Assembly (NCBI GenBank): GCA_002269645.1
Contig: NIVC01003191.1
Span: forward strand, 1 to 64,000
Direction: 5' to 3'
From: Macrostomum lignano
Taxonomy: Eukaryota
Length of the DNA: 64,000 nucleotides
The notes under the pieces were generated by a model. That model searched no databases. It was given only the letters and a program-made list of their open reading frames with translations, and was not told where the DNA came from. The translations under genes were made by a program, and so were the position numbers. Shown one piece after another: positions 47,347-64,000 of the stretch (position 1 is its first letter; each line of letters begins with the position of its first letter).

Positions 47347-47871
47347 AATATCCTTAAGCTGGGAAGCCGATGTTCGATTTAGGACAACAAATGTTGAAAA
47401 ATTTCAAATTATCAAAGGGGATGGGTGAAGATTTTTCTAAGCAAAACCCAGCCTTCGTTGCTTCATTGTCTGGTTCGGCGAGCTTCACAATGCCTACCGC
47501 GTGTGTTTGTGTGTGTTTTTTGTTAAATTTGCGACTGGGCTTTTTGTTCCTGTTTCCTTTTGTTCTCTTCTACTATAGGCTGGCTTTGTGGCTGCTTCTG
47601 TCCTGAATTTCACCAGCTATTGAAATGTTTCTATCAGTGGCTTGCCGACAGAGTCGGGGGGACAGCTGGCCCCGTGCTGGTACTTAACCCCCCCCCTGCC
47701 CAACTCCTCCTTGGCTCAAGGCGCCTCCCTCTCGCTCTTCGGTGATTGGCTGCCGGCCGTCTGGTTTGCCTCCAGCTGCTTGGTTAAACTCAGTTCACTA
47801 ATCCTGCTTATCCTCCCATCAGTGTCTTCCTAATTCGCTAATTGTTCTCTGCTTGGGAGTTCTGTCTCCCC

Positions 47872-48362
<491 letters not shown>

Positions 48363-48952
48363 TATGTCTCAGTCTTAGTCCTAGTGCCTTGTCAGAGTCT
48401 GTATTAAGCTGTTTGTCATTCAGTTATTATTTAAAGTTTTTAATGAGAAATCGGAGTATTTTTATTAATTCAACCTGTGAAAGATTTTTGTGACGACTAA
48501 TTTTTATTTTAACTAGCCACTGTTCTGCACTTTGCTTGAAAAAATCCAAGTCTCAGCAAACCATGCAGTTTATACTGTTCAAGCCAGAAAGGTGAAGCAA
48601 CAAGGTTTAAATTCAGCTTTACAGCCGCCCCCACCCCCACCCAAATGTAGTATAAATTTCTTTCCTCTATTTCTTTAGCCAAAGGCAAGCAGCCTAGAAA
48701 ATTGAGTCAGAAATCCTGCAAGAGAACCGCCAGCTAATGCTCTGTCAGGGGGTCCGAAATGTGAAAACAATCCGCCCTGCGGAGCGGGGGACGAGGAGCC
48801 GTTCGTTGAGGAAATTGATTTAACTGAAACTACCGACTGACGAGACCGGATATTGAGGTCGAGTGAATTCTCCGGTTTAACTGCAGCCTACGGAATTTCT
48901 ACACAAGTACGACTGGCGAACCCCTGACCCTGCGAATCCGGCTTGTGCCAGA

Positions 48953-51020
<2,068 letters not shown>

Positions 51021-52659
51021 GACAGCACTCAGGATGGGACAGTGACAGGGGGCTTTAGCAACGGAAAAAGTATTAGCGCAGGGTGCAGTGGACTGCGGCC
51101 TTGATTGTGGAGAGACAGAGACGCAGAAGGCTAAGCCGGGGTGGCAGCGCAGCTGGAAAAAGTCTGACTGAAGCACCTTGGACAAGGCCGTGACAAGAAG
51201 CCGGTGGTGGCAGCGGCTACCCATCCGTCTTTCTGGCCGCTCCAGTGGTGCAACGCCCATCATGCCTCTCATTCGTTGTGACCCTCTCCAGGCGCGCCCG
51301 TCCTTCACTTTATTTCCCTCGGCCGATCAAGTTGCCTCAAAGTGTATATATTCAGTTATATAGTGTGCAGACATATTGGGATATACTTTTTATACTTTAT
51401 ATTATTTCAGCTCCCTTAATGCCACGCTCACAGATGTGGCACTTGTGCATGAACAGTTGGTCTTTAGCTGCAGGCTCGGTATTGCTAGAGCGAGAGGGCG
51501 AATGGAGGGAGTAAGATAAAAAGAGAAACGTGACTGCCCGGCCCCTAGGAAACTGCATGGGAGAGAAGGGTCTGGGGGGGGGAGAGACATGGTCCAGAAT
51601 GCTTAATCGCTTCCTGCTGCGATCGGCGGCACATGCCGACGATGCCAAAACCCGGCCGGCAGCGCTGGCCTCTCGGCAGAGCCATTTCTTCTCCATGCAG
51701 TAGCGCCTCCAATGCCTCCAGAGAAGAAGTTGGCTGCAATCGAGGCGCGCTGTTAGCTGGGCTGCCTCAACCGATGAACCGAGAAACAGGCCGGGGGAGC
51801 TGCTATCGCATTGCTGTGCGGAAATGAAACTTCCTGGAATGGGGAAGTTTAATGAATTAATATGAGGGTGAGAGTCGAAAAAAGCTTCTGGTGAAAGTTT
51901 TTCTTCGATTCCTTTAGCAACACTGCCAATGTAGCGAATTCTCAGAAGAAAAGTTTTGAAAATATAGAAATTTCAGCATTTTCGGCACCTTTTATCGATC
52001 ACACACGCACCGATCAACATTCACGACATGCTCAAAGAAGTCCTAAAAAATATTTTTTTGGTGTAAATTAGTATTATGATTATAGTGAGTTTGCTCGGTC
52101 AAATTTTTAGTTTCATTTAAGTATACACACTGTCCGGCTTCATCCGTTGCTACACTCATTTTAGTTGATTTGGAAAGTTTTGCAATGATTTATTTTCCAT
52201 TTTTTCAATTTTTTATTTCTTATGTTTTCTAGCATTACATGTAATTTGGCATAAAACGTTTTAACGAGCTAGTGATATTGAAAATGTCTGATGTTGGAAA
52301 GATTAGCGAACGATTAGATAAGCCATAATGAACTTTTAAAACGGTCCTAAAACATCGTGTTTGGCATCAAAATAACAACATTACTATATAGAAAATTTCT
52401 GTTGTATTTTTAACGTTTGTAATGTGTAGTCATTATAATATTAAATCAAATAATTTTCTAAGTATGTTTTTCTTAGTCGCAGTATGCTAAAAAAATTATA
52501 ACTACCAAAGCTACCAAATTTAAACGGATCTTTTTAATTTCTTTGTCAAGCTGTCTATTGGTCTCCGATCTCACATCTGGCTCAGTTATAGATTTTAGAA
52601 ACATTTTAAAATTTGTCATTGTGAGGAATTAGAGTGAAATATGAATATATGATTTCGAT

Positions 52660-60803
<8,144 letters not shown>

Positions 60804-61105
60804 GTGAGCCAGCAAAATATGCTTTTTTGAACAAATATTTTTCATTATAATTCTTTAGCTGCGTTTATTTGATTTCTTGTTAATAAACAATTTAAAAATT
60901 CTTTGCGATGCTCTTAACTTGAAACATTGCAAATTTACGAACAATTAAACTCTTGAGAATGTCTCCATACTACATCTCTCCCCTTCCTCTCTCCCTCTCT
61001 CAGTTTCTCTTTTAAATCAGGGGTCTTAACGATAGTATTATAATATACACCGTTAATTATAAACAGACAAATGGTCAAAACGATTGCGCATCCTCATCAT
61101 GCTAC

Positions 61106-63299
61106 TTAGCGCTCCGAACCCTCAGTAGACGATATCAAACTTGGCTCCCTCTGCCTGATCGCATTGTCAGTATCCTTCTGTAGCCTGTCCCTGGACCAGG
61201 CTAAAATTCTTTCCAGTTGCTTTTTGTTCCGCTTTAAAAGTCGCCTTCGATGTTCCACCCGAATTCGAGCGGGCAGCCTCACCAGGTATCCGATCGATTT
61301 AAAGTCTAGCCGTAGAAAGTACTTCAGGGCAGTGCAAATGTACAGGCAGTAAGGCATTACTCTGTTGCGAAGCAGGTGGTACCTGAAATTATACAATACT
61401 TTACGGTTTAAAGTAATAAATTTTTGGTCAAATTCATTTTTCTTGTATGTTTTTTTTAAATAAATAAAAAATAAATCCAAAGAAACATTGGAGCTTGGAT
61501 TGTTTAGTTTGACTGGCACAGTAAAACAGATTTAACTCAGTTGAAATTAAGTACAGTTCATAATTGTTTTTTAATACTCGTAGTTTTAATTTATCTGAAG
61601 AAAATCAATAAGCTTTAACATTGAAGCTTTACACTGTATTTTACAGTACAACACATGGCGCATATAACAAGCATTTATGTCGCAAAATTATTTCAACTTC
61701 GTTTTTATACGCTCGTGCAGCAATTTCATCTTAGTCTATCAAATCTAATGAAAAAAATATTTGGTACTGTTTATTAGTGGATATTCGTAACTTTTGTTCA
61801 TACCCCAATCTATTTGATTTATTCTGTTAATAATTTGTTATAAAAATAATGTAATACTACACAATTATAATAGCTAAAAAGTTTTATCAACTATCCTTTA
61901 CAAGGTAAATATTGTATCAAATTTAAATCTCTGTAATTTAGCAATAGCAGAGGTTTTAAAATAAAATACAAATTACATAAAAAATCTAGCTATATTATTA
62001 GTCATGCAAACGTTTCTAAGAATTAACTAACTGACCGTATTTTTAAACGTTGTCATTTAATAGTAGAAAATTTTCTAGGAAGTAACATTTCTAAGTAAGT
62101 CAAATTTTTAATTAGCATTCACAAAAGTCAAAACTTATATATTACGAACTAGCTCTTGATCTTAACCGATCCATAATAAGCATACGCATTCAAACAAATT
62201 TCAGAAATAAAAAAATGTTTTGATAACAATAATATACAAAATTTTGATTGCATTTATAAAAGGTCTTATAAATTTTTGTACAGCTTTTACTAAAAAACTC
62301 TACACGGCCAGACAGCCATCAAGTAATGAATATTCTACTTTCTTCTCTGCGTACAAATAGTAGTGCAATGTACTTGTATTCCGTGCATATATGAAATTTA
62401 TATGATTTCGATTGATCCCATTGAAATAAGAATTTATAGAACGCTTGTTAAATATTATTTAAAGCCTGCGATCCCTTGTGTAGATATTAAATTGCAGCTA
62501 TTTCTATGCAGTGTCGTCAAAGTTTCTACGTGTAAAATTCTTTGTTTGTACCAAGCTTCCAATTATAATTAGGCAATAAATGGCGTGCTCAAGGAAGGAT
62601 GTCAAACTGAATTATGTTTCTTATTAGCTCTTATTTACCTCTAGGAAAAAGCTCTCGGAACGCCAACTTGTCTGGTGTCCGGAAGAGCGCCAGAGTGTCA
62701 GAGAGGGAGGAATCCAGCTATGGTGTCAAAGGGGTGTCAGAGAGGAGGATCCAGCTATGGTGTCAAAGGGGTGTCAGAGAGGGAGGATCCAGCTATGGTG
62801 TCAAAGGGGTGTCAGAGAGGGAGGATCCAGCTATGGTGTCAAAGGGGTGTCAGAGAGGGAGGATCCAGCTATGGTGTCAAAGGGGTGTCAGAGAGGGAGG
62901 ATCCAGCTATGGTGTCAAAGGGGTGTCAGAGAGGGAGGATCCAGCTATGGTGTCAAAGGGGTGTCAGAGAGGAGGATCCAGCTGGGGTGTCAAAGGGGTG
63001 TCAGAGAGGGAGGAATCCAGCTATGGTGTCAAAGGGGTGTCAGAGAGGAGGATCCAGCTGGGGTGTCAATAAAGGGTGCGAGCTGGGGTGTCAGAAAGGG
63101 CGCAAGTTAGAGTTATTTGCTCACAAATGAAACGCTGGTTTAGCAAGTCTCCTACCTGACCTCAAAGTAGCCAAACTGAAGCAGGTTGATGACCAACAAC
63201 AACAATGCGAAGAGTGTTGCAGATTTCACTTTCTGGTACACCAGCATGTTATTGACATCGCTGCTGTTATTGATACTCATTTGTGAGATCATGAACTTT
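61106..63299 (-). CDS. 3' exons (63299-63156 and 61382-61106) of an unidentified membrane-protein gene antisense to the WD40 gene
   Basis: caaag|A...GTC AG|gtagga joins in phase to tttcag|G TAC: KFMISQMSINNSSDVNNMLVYQKVKSATLFALLLLVINLLQFGYFEVRYHLLRNRVMPYCLYICTALKYFLRLDF...SER*. One clear hydrophobic segment followed by a basic tail. Confidence 0.6.
62690..63100. repeat. ~37-38-bp minisatellite (gtcagagagggaggatccagctatggtgtcaaaggggt)
   Basis: Directly visible. Confidence 0.93.
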
Positions 63300-63594
63300 C
63301 TTTGTTAATAAAATCGTCTCTAACGAAGGTCAAATGCAGATTTCACCAAGTTAGCAACATCATTCTAAATTCATCTCTAAAAAGTTTTTTGTCTGTGGGC
63401 AAAAATGCTGTTATGCTATAGCATAATTTTTGATTTGATTAGCAAATTCGCAAATGCTTAAGAGTGAAAACATTTTTACAATGATTATTTCTGATTGCGA
63501 CTACCAACCAACCCTGCCGCTGCCTGAGCATTCGCTCTTGGTGTGCACGCTGCTTGTGTAAAACAGATGCTTATGCTACTTGGAATATGAGGCA

Positions 63595-64000
<406 letters not shown>

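Noticed and set aside
48830-48885. Hammerhead-like CTGACGA-GACC..GGTC
   Set aside because: Stem II is good but is followed by GAGT rather than GAAA; stems I and III are unconvincing.

Overview
Eukaryotic, intron-rich and satellite-rich DNA. It is probably a free-living flatworm such as Macrostomum; this is an inference from gene style, repeat load and LINE type, not a search result. Genes assembled by hand from GT-AG junctions with consistent phases: (1) a GT32-family glycosyltransferase (minus); (2) a two-exon secreted PAN-like + C-type lectin (plus); (3) two convergent DEG/ENaC channel genes; (4) a Shaw/Kv3 potassium channel (minus, ~19-47 kb) with a 17-kb first intron; (5) a divergently transcribed EF-hand + WD40 gene (WDR49/WDY-like, 12 exons, probably continuing past the window); (6) an unidentified membrane-protein gene on the opposite strand, apparently nested in its intron. 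Mobile DNA: two truncated LINE insertions with target-site duplications, a Penelope-like GIY-YIG remnant, and a nested mariner-derived element. About 20 tandem arrays are present, and nearly all long ORFs in the ORF track are artefacts of them. Most notable: four copies of a candidate in-frame 24-nt microexon inside a Kv3 intronic satellite; an ENaC gene with both an in-frame TAG and a bulky Val at the degenerin site; intron-private satellites abutting splice donors; arrays made of STAT- and ETS-type motifs; and the nested antisense gene. No prokaryotic system or CRISPR array is supported.
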